The notes under the pieces were generated by a model. The model had not been told where the DNA came from, ran no database searches, and was given only the letters and a program-made list of their open reading frames with translations. Below, one piece after another: positions 1-10,892 of a DNA stretch of 64,000 bases (position 1 is its first letter; each line of letters begins with the position of its first letter). The translations under genes and the position numbers were made by a program. The stretch is from an uncultured Verrucomicrobiae bacterium (GTDB taxonomy: Bacteria; Verrucomicrobiota; Verrucomicrobiia; Limisphaerales; Palsa-1400). The stretch is taken from positions 2,880,001-2,944,000 of the forward strand of contig OY969763.1 of NCBI GenBank assembly GCA_963702845.1, given 5' to 3'.

Positions 1-336
1 GGCCAGGAGCATGTTCTGCGGAGTGGATCGAGGTGCCGGCAGTCCCATGTAGGTCGCGATGTAATACGGCAGCCGGGTGGCATCCTGATTGTCGTAATTC
101 TCATAAAACCCCAACCAGACCGGCCCCGGCAATCGATCGTCGTGCTCGCTGGCGTACAATTGGAACGCAACGGCAATTTGTTTCAAATTATTGCCACATT
201 GCGTGCGACACGTCTTTTCTTTCGCCCGGGCCAAAACTGGCAGCAGAAGCGCGGCAAGGATCGCAATCACACCAATGACGATCATCAACTCGACCAGCGT
301 AAACGCGCTCTCACTTTTTTTCATCGTGGGCCTCAT
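1..336 (-). CDS. Prepilin-type N-terminal cleavage/methylation domain protein (DUF1559-like pseudopilin), runs off window start
   Basis: Not in the ORF track. Manual minus-strand translation: (MRPT)[49 protein letters not shown]...LPGPVWLGFYENYDNQDATRLPYYIATYMGLPAP. Start at 336 or 324. Confidence 0.9.
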   Translation of the reverse strand, partial: MRPTMKKSESAFTLVELMIVIGVIAILAALLLPVLARAKEKTCRTQCGNNLKQIAVAFQLYASEHDDRLPGPVWLGFYENYDNQDATRLPYYIATYMGLPAPRSTPQNMLLA

Positions 337-359
337 CGTGTAAAGGAAGTTTTTCAAAT

Positions 360-1901
360 TTACTTTACACGCGCAAAAGTCATCGAGATGACTCGCTCGC
401 CCTGCCGCCATTTGCCGATAATTTGGGTGTCATCCTTGTTCAATGTGCCTTGAAACGCACCGTTCCGCGGTCCAAAGGGAGCAAGCTTTACAGTGGTTCC
501 TTCATAAGTCACCAGCGTCGACTGGCGAAAGTACCCTCCCTCGACACAATAAAAGTCGGCGCGAAACTTTCCGGCAGACGGCTCGGCAATATTTACATTG
601 AAGTGCAATACACCTTTGCCGGCTTTTATCTCACCCGTCCAGGAACTCTGCAAATCCGAACCGGCCCTTCCGGCAAATTCGCTTTTAGCCAGAGATGGAA
701 ATCTTGCATACGTCTCCCCGAAGTGTTCTTCGTCGATTACACTGCGCCAATTTCCATCCATGTTGGTCATGGTAATGATCTCGTAACCATCTTGTGGCAA
801 ACCGTCAAAGCGCAATTCGAGTGATACCTGGCCATCTGGAAGAACGGCCTTCTTCTCGATACGCATAGCGCTGATAGGCTTTATAGTTTCAACGAGGATC
901 TGCGACCTGTCCTGATCAGTCTTCGTGTTTCTAAAAAGCAAACCTCCGAATTCTCGCGCCAGTTCAGGTGTTAAAGCGGCAAAAAAGGCTTCCGAATTGC
1001 CGGTGCTCTTGGCCCAGATAGACGATTCAATGGCGGCTTCGGGCGTGGCATATCCCCTGAAAGCCCACGAGCCTCTTGGAAGAACCGCCACCGGTTTATG
1101 CCAGTCAAAAAAGTGTCCTTTGTAGACTTCTGTCCCACCTGCCGCAGCAAGCAGGACTCCCGCACCGGCGATGACCGCAAATTTCATTTTCGTCCATGCC
1201 ATAAGTTTCAACGATCCTTTGACCAGACCCACCGTTGACCCCGGGGCTGCGGCTCCCTTCGCCAGCGCCGTCGCCATAACGGAAGCTGTCAACGCCGCGG
1301 GTGCCGCTTTCGCGGCGTTAGCCGAGAGGACAATCCCGATCACCGCAGTGGTCGTAGTGACATCACGTTTCAGGAAATGCCGCCGTAATTTTTCGAGCGC
1401 TCGATGCACCCGACTCTGCGCCGCCGCTGGGGAAATATTCAGCGCTGCTGCCACATCGGGCAGATTTTTTTCTCCGAAAAAGCGAAGCACCACAGCGTCG
1501 CGATCTTTTTTTGCCAACCTCGACATCGCGTCATCAAGGAGTGGTGCGAGTTGCTCCCAAACTGAAGCGTCCGTCGTCGACTGCAGGGTGGATTGCATAT
1601 AAGCCTCTTGTTCGCGGTTTTGACGTCTCCGCTCCCCGCGCAGAAAACTTAACGACGTCAGCCGGGTCGTTTCGTAGAGCCAGCTTTCCAAAACGATGTC
1701 CTTGCGCAAAGTCGATGCTTTGTGCGTCAGAATAAGAAAGACCGCCTGCGTGATCTCTTCAGCATGCGCGGCAATTCCAACGTGTCGCATGGCCGCAGAA
1801 TGGACGAGCCCGATATGCCGCCGGACCAACTCGGCAAACGCTTCCTCCGACCCGTGTCGGCTATAATCCTGGATCAGTTCAATGTCGTTCACATCGCCCA
1901 T
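360..1901 (-). CDS. ECF sigma-70 factor with TM helix and C-terminal extension
   Basis: Region 2 (AFAELVRRHIGLV...AEEITQAVF...SWLYETTR) and region 4 (DRDAVVLRFF...RVHRALEKLR), then Ala-rich linker, MAWTK + TM segment, and an extracytoplasmic domain. Confidence 0.92.
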   Translation of the reverse strand: MGDVNDIELIQDYSRHGSEEAFAELVRRHIGLVHSAAMRHVGIAAHAEEITQAVFLILTHKASTLRKDIVLESWLYETTRLTSLSFLRGERRRQNREQEAYMQSTLQSTTDASVWEQLAPLLDDAMSRLAKKDRDAVVLRFFGEKNLPDVAAALNISPAAAQSRVHRALEKLRRHFLKRDVTTTTAVIGIVLSANAAKAAPAALTASVMATALAKGAAAPGSTVGLVKGSLKLMAWTKMKFAVIAGAGVLLAAAGGTEVYKGHFFDWHKPVAVLPRGSWAFRGYATPEAAIESSIWAKSTGNSEAFFAALTPELAREFGGLLFRNTKTDQDRSQILVETIKPISAMRIEKKAVLPDGQVSLELRFDGLPQDGYEIITMTNMDGNWRSVIDEEHFGETYARFPSLAKSEFAGRAGSDLQSSWTGEIKAGKGVLHFNVNIAEPSAGKFRADFYCVEGGYFRQSTLVTYEGTTVKLAPFGPRNGAFQGTLNKDDTQIIGKWRQGERVISMTFARVK

Positions 1902-1938
1902 CTATCTGTTTATGGCCGTGGAAATGCAAAATCAGGCA
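1902..1938 (-). promoter_or_regulatory. Putative autoregulatory ECF promoter
   Basis: TGCCTGATTTTGCATTTCCACGGCCATAAACAGATAG aligns ungapped (23/37) with the sequence upstream of the paralogous ECF at 31985-32021. Confidence 0.55.
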
Positions 1939-2215
1939 ATTCTTTTTAACTTTTTTACGGCGAGAGTGACGATCGCATTTCCAGTTTCCAGTGTCGGTTC
2001 TCACTATTTATTACAAACCAGCAATAAACTCCCCCTTCAAGGGCGAGGACTACTTAAACCAATTCGGCTCGGACCTTTCCGCAATGCCGTCTTGCTTCCC
2101 TCAACTCTCAACCAAACCGTCCGAGAGCGCGCAACGCAGAAAAGTGACTGACTATTTTACAGAAAAACCGTCAAACACCTACACCGCAACCACTTCCTCC
2201 AAAAACAAAAAATTC

Positions 2216-2253
2216 CACTTGGACAGCCTTTGTCCAAGTGACCTTGCTACACT
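2216..2253 (+). promoter_or_regulatory. Palindromic operator CACTTGGACA-N5-TGTCCAAGTG overlapping a TGTCCAA-N10-TACACT promoter
   Basis: 34 bp (2216-2249) identical to 44258-44291; perfect 10-bp inverted repeat; extended -10 TGcTACACT; ATG at 2264. Confidence 0.7.
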
Positions 2254-2310
2254 CCTCGTCAATATGAAGATTGTTTCAACCGGACTGCGGAGTTCAGCCC
2301 CTTTTCAATT

Positions 2311-2718
2311 TGACTGTGTCGGACCGTGTCGGAGCCCGCAGCCCCACATCGCCCCAAAAACCGACGAGTTCCCGTATTCGATTATCGTTTGCGATATGCG
2401 ATTTGCAATTCTTCGACCGACGATCTCCTGCAGTTTACCCAAATTTCCACGAGTTAACCGTTATTAACCCTTATTAACCTTTATTTACCCAAAACAAAAA
2501 GATGTTATGCAATCCAAACAGAACGATCTGCGAATTAAACTTTATAAAACTTATTTAAACTTCTTTAACCCTAAAAAAAGGAATCCTTTATTTTTCCATG
2601 TTCCACGTTCCACGTTCCATGTTCCATTTCCGTTCAGTATGTCGCCTGCGGACACCTGCGGACACCTGCGGACACCTCTGGACACTTCCAGACACCAAAA
2701 AAAGGATTCTTTTTTTTC
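2311..2718. repeat. Cluster of short tandem repeats with 10-bp and 7-bp periods, 10-mer arrays each followed by an A tract
   Basis: TTAACCnTTA x3 (2454-2483); AAACTT at 10-bp spacing (2536-2571); TTCCAyG x4-5 (2594-2628); CCTGCGGACA x3 plus 2 variants (2645-2694); AAAAAAAGGA(A/T)TC-T-rich motif after the last two 10-mer arrays. Confidence 0.9.
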
Positions 2719-2745
2719 GTCAACTTATGCTGAAATGAATTTCCC

Positions 2746-4147
2746 ATGATTGCGTCAGACTCAACCTTGCTCGCCGGCGTCGCCCGCCGTTGCACCAATC
2801 CGCCCCCAAACATTGCCCACGGCGGCTGGGGCGCGCAAAAACACGAGCAAGCCGAAGGCATCGACTTGGATTTGTGGACAACGGCCTTGGCGCTGTCTGA
2901 CGGCAAAACAACTGCCATCATTCTCGACCTCGATATCCAAATCCTGACCAACGAACGTGCTGACGGAATTCGTCAGGCCGTCAGTAAAGCCACTGGGGTC
3001 CCGATTGAAAACATTCGCGCCGCAGCGACGCATACCCACACCGGCCCAGTTCCCTACAAGAGCTGGATCGAAAAAGGCTATGAGATGGTCGCGCCGTGGT
3101 TTGAAAATGTTTATCGCTGGTGCACAGAAGCCGCCGTTGAAGCCATCGCGAACATGCAACCGGTCACCGTTCGCGCAGGTCGCGGCCAGTGCCACATCAA
3201 CGCCAATCGTCGCGCCACTTCGCCGAAAGGTGAAAAATTCCTCGGTGTAAATCCTGAAGGTTCGTGCGATCGCGAAGTCGCTGTCTTGCGATTCGACGCC
3301 AACGAAAACGCGCCATTAGCTACTGTTGCGAACTACGCCTGCCACGCCACCATCATGGGGCCGCCAGACAAGCTGATCACTCCCGACTACCCCGGCGCGA
3401 TGAAGCGGGTCGTCGAACAGGCGCTTGGCGGCAAATGCCTTTTCATTCAAGGCTGCGCTGGTGACCAGGGACCCATGCAAGGCTTTCACGCCAACACCAA
3501 AGCCTACCACCAACTCGGCGCAATTTTGGGTCATGAAGTCGCCAAGGTAGCACTGGGCCTGACGAATATTCCGTCGTCATTAAAATTCGCCGAAATCATT
3601 CCATCCGGCGCGCCCCTCGGAAAATACGAGCTAGAATTCGCAGCCGTCCGTTCAACCCCGCTACGCGTCATCTCCAAAGAGATCCAGGTTCCGTTACGCG
3701 AAGGCTTGCCCAAAAAAGACGAAGCCTCGGCGAAGCTCGACCACTGGAAAAACAAACTGAAGCAAGCCCGCGAAGAAAAGAACGACGCCGCCATCACCGA
3801 AGCCACTTACATGGCGCGCCGTGCCGATATCCAATTGCGTATGGCCGACGATTTCGGCGGTAAAACCAACGCCGGTGTTCGCACCCACATCATTACTTTC
3901 GGCGACGTCGCCATCATCGGCTGCAACATCGAGCCCTTCTGCGAAACCGGCATGTATGTGAAAAAACATTCGCCCTTTCCATTCACGATCATGGGCGGTT
4001 ACACCAACGGTCGCATGGCCTACATGGCCGACACCTGACGAATGGCCAAAGGGCGGCTACGAAGTCGACAACTCGCCCTTCGGTGAGCGCGCATCGATAA
4101 AACTACAGGATGAAATCATTGCCACACTAAAGGAATTACGTGCATAA
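2746..4147 (+). CDS. Neutral/alkaline ceramidase N-terminal domain family protein (probable +1 indel near 4027)
   Basis: ATHTHTGP, NYACHAT, PDYPG, GCAGDQ motifs. Removing one G restores YMPTPDEWPKGGYEVDNSPF...KELRA* ending at 4147. Confidence 0.85.
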
Positions 4148-5580
4148 AAACTTTTTCAAAATTTTCTGTGTAATAGCAATCGGCGCATGTTCGACGTGGG
4201 TCGTTCGCGCAAATCCCGTATTTCGCGCGGGAGCAGCCACCAGCGACATCTCGCCCTGGATGGGGTTGTCCATCAACGGCAACATGCACAACCACGTCGG
4301 CACGAACCTGCACGACCAACTGCATGCGCGCGCGCTCGTGCTCGATGATGGCACCAACAAATTGGCGATCGTCGTTGCGGACAGCTGCATGATTTATCGC
4401 GAGATTTTCGACAACGCGAAAAAGATCGTTCATGAGAAGAGCGGCTTTCCCGTGGAGAACATTCTGATGTCCGCGACCCACGCTCATTCCGCCCCGGCCT
4501 CCGTCGGCATCTTCCAAACCGATGCCGACAAAGAATACCAACAATTCCTCACCAGGAGACTCGCCGACGCTGCTCTGCAAGCGATCAACAATTTACAACC
4601 CGCCAAAATCGGCTGGTCGGTCGAACGCGATCCGCGTCACGTTTCCAATCGCCGCTGGCACATGAAACCCGGCGTCATCAACAAAGACATGTTCGGCGGA
4701 ACAAACGATCAAGTCCGCATGAACCCACGTCCCGGCAGTCCCGATCTGCTCGAACCCGCGGGCCCGACCGATCCAGACGTTTCTGTCCTCGTCGTCAAAT
4801 CACTCGACGACAATCCGATCGCATTACTTGCAAATTATTCCATGCACTACGTCGGCGACGTTGGCGGCGACGGCATCTATTCAGCCGACTACTTCGGCGC
4901 GTTCTGTGCTGCCGCCCAACATCGTTTAGATCCGGAAGGCACCAACGGCTTTGTCGCAATACTTTCCAACGGTACCAGCGGCGATTGCAGTTCAACCGAT
5001 TTTCTGCACGCACCGACACCCGAGCCTCCATTTACAAAAATCAACGCGCGTCGCAAACGACATCGCCAACGACGCATTGAAATGTTTCGCACGCGCGGAA
5101 TACCACGACTGGGTTCCCTTGAAAGTGGCTCAAAAAGAAATCACGCTCGGTGTCCGTCGCGGCGCTGCCAAAGAGGTCGAAGCCGCCAAAAATCGCCTCG
5201 CAAAAGCACCACACATCAAAAATGGCCAACTCTACCCATGGAGCCCGGACACCTATGCTCGCGAAACCGTTTTGCTCGATGCCTTTCCGTCTCAAGTGCC
5301 AGTGCCGCTGCAAGCAATCCGCATCGGCGAACTCGGCATCGTCGCCATCCCTTGCGAAGTTTTCGCCGAAATCGGCTTGGGAATAAAAGCCCACTCGCCG
5401 ATGAAACAAACCTTCACCATCGAATTGGCGAACGCCTATCACGGCTATCTGCCCACCCCCGCCCAACACAAACTTGGTGGTTACGAAACGTGGCGGGCGC
5501 GTTCGAGCTACCTTGAAGTCGAAGCCGCTCCAAAGATTGTGACTGCGGTCATGAATTTGTTAGAACAAGTCAGGCAGTGA
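4140..5580 (+). CDS. Secreted neutral ceramidase-family protein (indel near 5045)
   Basis: Signal peptide; HDQLHARALVLDDG, ATHAHSAP, NYSMHY, SADYFG. C-terminus continues in ORF 4951..5580 (IPCEVF...LANAYHGYLPT...GGYETW). Confidence 0.87.
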
Positions 5581-5595
5581 TATTTTGAAACGTCA

Positions 5596-6983
5596 ATGAA
5601 CCCAATCGATTCTTTTTTAATAGCGCCGAAAATTGTACCGCCGCTCGATCCGGCTTTCCGACCCGCCGCTCTCGCAACGCGCGCGTTCGCGAAAGCGGCG
5701 CAAGGTGCCGGCGCTGTTCCCGTGCAAATCGCACTCGAACAAGGCGATGGCTCGGTGACGCACTACCGGACAGAAGTTCTACCACCGTCACACAAAGATG
5801 CTGCCGCGAATTTCACACACATTGAGCGCCTCGTGAAATTTCTCCTCTGGTCGCGCGGAGGCTTTCGAGTTCATTTCGTCGGCCCGACCGATTTGGGCAA
5901 GCGGCTTCAGAATCATTTCGTTACAACCGCCACGGGCAAATTCGACGCCAACATCATGGGTGAGAGAATTTATGAAAAGCCCTTCGAAGTGGTCCTCTCC
6001 CCTGCTCTGCCGACGGAACGCAGTCGCACCAGCGCTCTCGGTCGCCACACCGACGTCTATCGCATTGGCTTTGATCTCGGCGCGAGCGATCGCAAAGCCG
6101 CCGCCGTTATCGACGGCAAAGTCGTCTTCAGCGAGGAATGCCTCTGGAATCCGGTTCAACAAACCGACCCCGAATGGCACTTCAACGAGATCATGGATTC
6201 GCTCAAACGCGCTGCCGCACACCTGCCGCGCGTTGACGCCATCGGTGGCAGTTCAGCCGGCGTGTATGTAAACAACCGCGTCATGGTCGCCTCCTTGTTC
6301 CGCGGCGTCCCGACCGATGTTTTCAATTCCAAGTCAAAGACCTGTTCCTCCGCATCAAAAAAGCCTGGAACAACATCCCATTCGAAATCGTCAACGATGG
6401 CGAAGTCACGGCGTTGGCCGGATCCATGTCACTCAACGAAAACGCCGTGCTCGGCGTAGCCATGGGCTCCAGCGAAGCCGCAGGATTCGTCACACCCGAA
6501 GGCCGCATCACAACGTGGTTGAACGAACTGGCATTCGTGCCAGTCGATTACAATCCCCATGCCCCCGCCGATGAATGGTCCGGCGACCGCGGTGTCGGCG
6601 CCCAGTATTTTTCCCAACAATGCGTCGGGCGCCTCATCCCTGTCGCCGGAATTGAGGTCGATTCAAAAGATGGTCTGCCGGAAAAACTAAAACACGTGCA
6701 AGCGTTGATGGACAAAGACGACGAACGCGCACGTAAAATTTACGAAACCATCGGTATCTACCTCGGCTACGGCACTGCACATTACGCGAGCTTCTATGCC
6801 TGCAAACACGTGCTGGTATTAGGCCGCGTCACCACGGGCATCGGCGGAACGATCATCGTCGACAACGCGAGGCGTGTGCTCCGTGAAGAATTTCCGGAGC
6901 TCGACATCCAGTTCCACGTGCCGGACGAAAAAGAAAAACGTCACGGCCAGGCCATCGCCGCCGCCAGTTTGCCGAAGGTATGA
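5596..6983 (+). CDS. ROK family protein (sugar kinase/regulator), indel near 6330
   Basis: IGFDLGASDRK; second frame has VNDGEVTALAG, AMGSSEAAG, NELAF. Confidence 0.88.
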
Positions 6984-6992
6984 TTCCTTCGC

Positions 6993-9900
6993 CTACTTCA
7001 TGATCCGCTGGAACTCTGGCGAACTTCGCAATGACATCGAAGTTATGATCGTTTTTGTTGTAAGTGCGTAAATCCTGTGAAGCGGGATGGCTGTCGTTGA
7101 CTTGCATTGCTTTCTTCAACGTCTCGAGCGCTTCGTTCGTTTTATGTTGGGCGGATTGCAGGCTGGCGAGGTTGTACCAGGTCTCCGCCGAATCAGGTGC
7201 TACGCTGAGCATCTTTTTCATGATGCGTTCCGAGCCAGACAGATCGCCCATTTGAACGTAGGCGCTGGCAACGCTCATCAACACCGTCGGATCCGATCCG
7301 TATTGACCTGAGAGCGTCTCGAGCATGTGCGCGGCTTCGTTCGTCTGCCGAGCCTGGATGAAACGTTCGATTTGGACCATGACATTACGGGCGCCTTCCA
7401 ATGAGACTTGATGCCTGCTGTTTTCAAGTTGCTCGATCAAGCTCGTGATTTGGCCATTGAACGGATCGAGTTTTTGGCACGTCTTCGCGATGTGGATAGC
7501 GTCGTCGACGCGACCCATCTTTAGCAAAAGCTGGACGAACCGATACACCGCTTCAGGGCTGTAGGGGCAGTAAGCAAACGCCTGCTTGAACGCAAACTCA
7601 GCTTCTTTGCGGCAACGGGCCTGTTCGGCGCCAGTGCGGTAATCAGAACGCCATTGATAAATGCCGCCAATGGAGCTGCGCAATTTTGAAAATGCCTTCT
7701 GCCCATCGTCGTCACGGACGAACTTGGGATCACCGGTGAAACCGCTGTAGTCGTGATGATAATAGACCTTCTCGGCCCAATTACAGACCTGTTCGACCGT
7801 TGTGTCATACGTGATCCAGTTGCCCGTGAGCCGGTCCGAGAATTGCTCCAGAAGTCGTGGTCGCGAGCGACGACTTCATCGGTGATTTCTACCGGCTGCC
7901 GGTTGATTTTCATGATGACTCCAAACGGCGACAGATACGGATACATCCAGTCGAGCGGGAAGCTTTCTTCGACGTAGAATTCGTGATCCGGATTCTTATC
8001 GAAGATTACTTTGGTCAACAACCCGTTGATAGCCATGACAGCAACCTGACCGGAAACCTGGACGTGGCCAGAGTTGTCGAAGTGAACGTCTTCGCCTTGC
8101 CTGATCTGGCGAGGTTCATTTTGAGAACGGGCGTCGTGTTCGGCGCGTTTCGTCGCGTCCGTGATGTATTCGTTGAAGCACGCTGCGGAGTCTTCAACAG
8201 TTGCACTGCGAATTTCCGTGTCGGGATACACACCGCCCAGACTTCTCACGATGTCCAACGGATACGATTCTTCCAGCATGCGACGATTCAAACGCACTGA
8301 CGTATTTGCCCATGCAGTCAAAGGTGTCGGCTTGCCCTCGGGAGCACCTTGGACGGTGTGGAGGATCAGAATAGGCAGCTTCACATTTTGGAAACGATCA
8401 GCGCTATAGATCGAGCCATTTTGCAGGATCTCGTTCAAATCCTTAACGAGCGCACGTTTCAAGGCACTCTCGTCGGATTTATTATCCAGGAGCGCCTGCG
8501 TTTCCTTACTGCAGTTGTCGTAGAGATATTTTCCGAGCGCGTCGGAGCTGTTCTTTTGCATCTTCGATGCCAGGTCTTTGACGTTCAGGAAATCGCTTTC
8601 CTTGAACCAGGACGTGCCGCAACGGCGGCTGCGCTCGATCTTTGCTCCAAGTCCTTCGAAGATGTCATCGAGCCACGCCAATGCGCGTGTATCGTTATGG
8701 AATGTATTTGGGAATTCCGTCGGTAAGAACTTCTGGAAGAACGGCGGATCAATCTGCAGGCTGCGATTGTAATGGGCGCGGATGTATGCGAGGTAGGTAT
8801 TATCCGCTAACGCATTCTGCGTGATGATATAGACGTCGCGACGATCAAAATTCGGATCACGACGGCAGCTCGGCGGGATAAAGCTTTCGTCGAAAATCAT
8901 GTAAGTCGGGCAGAACCGGCCAGGGTCGGTGCCGCCGTATAGCACCGCGTCGCGGTCCATTTCAGGATAGATCAATTTGGCCTTGGCGGGATCCTTCATC
9001 ATTTCTGCCCGGAGTTTCGGATCATAGGTAAGCTTGCCATCCGTGCCAGTGAATGGAGGTGTGAACATATCATGACCGAAATAAAATCCGAACAAGTGTC
9101 CGCGTTGCTCGTTTTCTGCCCAGTGCGAAATCACCGACACCAACGGCATCAGCGCAAAAATGGTCAGCAAAACCTTCAGGTTCACCCGATCTCGCGAGAA
9201 AAGGACAAGGCCCAGGAATGCAATCACCAGCACAACAACCCACAGCGCGCCCCAAATCGGCAACGAACCCAATCCGCGACTCACTAGATGTTGCATTGCG
9301 TAAATGAGCGCTTTCGGCGCTGCCATTATACCCGTCGCACCGGGGATATCTCCATACGTCGTGATCGTCGCCCAATACAAACCCATGAACGCCGCCAGCC
9401 CCGCAACCGCGCCGCCTATCACCACCCAAAAGCGCGTGCGCTGAAACTGCGTCAACATCCACGCCGCCGTGAGCGTTATACCATAACCAATCCACAACGA
9501 AACCGGCACATACGATGCTGTGAAAAACACCTTAACCAAAGACTTCGTTTGCCGGTCGGGCGACGGATTCAGCAACACCATCAGCAAGAACCCGAGGCAA
9601 ATATAGATGCCGAACAATCCAATCATCCACGCCTTCTCGCGCCGTTGCATGCGCATGAAGAAAATGAACGGAACAATTGCGAACAATAGGTAGACCAACG
9701 TGAATTCGTCGACCGCGCCTTGGAAATACATCACGACCTGGCTGATAAACCGACCCGGGTCATGAATAAAATCCGTTGGATTGGTTCGCTCGTATTGACC
9801 ACGCGAGAGCGCATGGAAAAAGCCTTCCACAGTGCGCGGATAACCCCAGTTCATCGGCGGATTACTCATCGAGGCAATCGGCATGTAGAAATAGAACGCG

Positions 9901-10889
9901 ACGCCGAGAGCCCACAGCAGTCCGATGAAAAGGACCGTCTTCCATTCCGTCAAAAGTGACTGCGTCTTGATAATCAACCACGCCAATGCGGCGGCTGATG
10001 AAATACCGACCAGGTTGAAAATGTTGAACACCATGTTGTGCTTGCCGGCCATGTCTTTGAAAGCACCCGGGTCGATGATCAAACCCGCCAACCAGCACAA
10101 ACAGTTGATCACCAGCAAATCGCGCCCGACCTTCGGGTTTGCCGCGATGATTGCGATTTCCAAGCCCATCGCAGCTACAATCAGCGTCTGGTGGTTCGTG
10201 ATGCAAATCCCGAACAGGAACGCCGCCCAATATATATAGCGACGCTGATGCGGCGCATACATCCAACGCAACAGACAAGCCAACACGCCCAGAAGTGACA
10301 AGACGCTGAACGGATACACTTCCACGATGACCGCCTGGCTCCACATGAAGCCGTTGTAAGCGAGTAACATTGCCGAAACAAAACCAGCAACGACGCAAAT
10401 GGCGTTTTCCGAACGACGTTCAATGCCCTTCAGTTCCGCGATGCTCTCAATAATCATGCTGCTGCCGCGCGATGTGAGCAGAGCGAGCAAACCGCACGCG
10501 AGCGACGCGGCCACAGCCGATGCCACACTCACGCGCCAGGCGATGTTAGAGAACGGGAGAATCTTGGTGAAAATCCACGTGAACACGGTCCAAACCGGAT
10601 ATCCAGGAGGGTGTGGCACGCCGGCATACATCGAGCCGACGGCGAGTTCACCTGAATCTTCCAAGGTGAGGTCCGGCGACAGTGTCAGCATGTAACCGAC
10701 GAAAATCACCAGTGTAGTGATACCGAACGTGAGCCAGTCGACGCGCCGGTAGAGCGGCGGTGTCTTTGCTGGTTGGGCCACGGTTGTCTTGCTGGAGGCA
10801 GCGCCCGCCGACTGAGTCGTAGCGTTCGAAGCGTTGCCTTTTCGTGGTGGCGTCGGTTGTTGAGGTGAAGCTGGAGTCTCGGGATTCAT
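6993..10889 (-). CDS. DUF2723 (TMEM260-like GT-C) membrane glycosyltransferase with C-terminal TPRs; indels near 7845 and 7030
   Basis: EDSGEL...GVPHPPGYP, WSQAVIVEVY, many TM helices; TPR region in ORF 6853..7683; corrected end NFDVIRSSPEFQRIMK*. Confidence 0.88.
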
Positions 10890-10892
10890 CGT

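Noticed and set aside
2219..2237. LexA SOS box
   Set aside because: GGACA-N5-TGTCC differs in sequence, orientation and spacing from the verrucomicrobial TGTTC-N4-GAACA.
2434..2718. CRISPR array
   Set aside because: Units are 7-10 bp and contiguous, with no 23-47 bp repeats separated by unique spacers, and there are no cas genes.
1991..2749. ORFs 1991..2467 and 2507..2749 as proteins
   Set aside because: They are translations of DNA repeats with no domain features. The 67-codon frame from ATG 2264 may be transcribed but cannot be supported as a protein.
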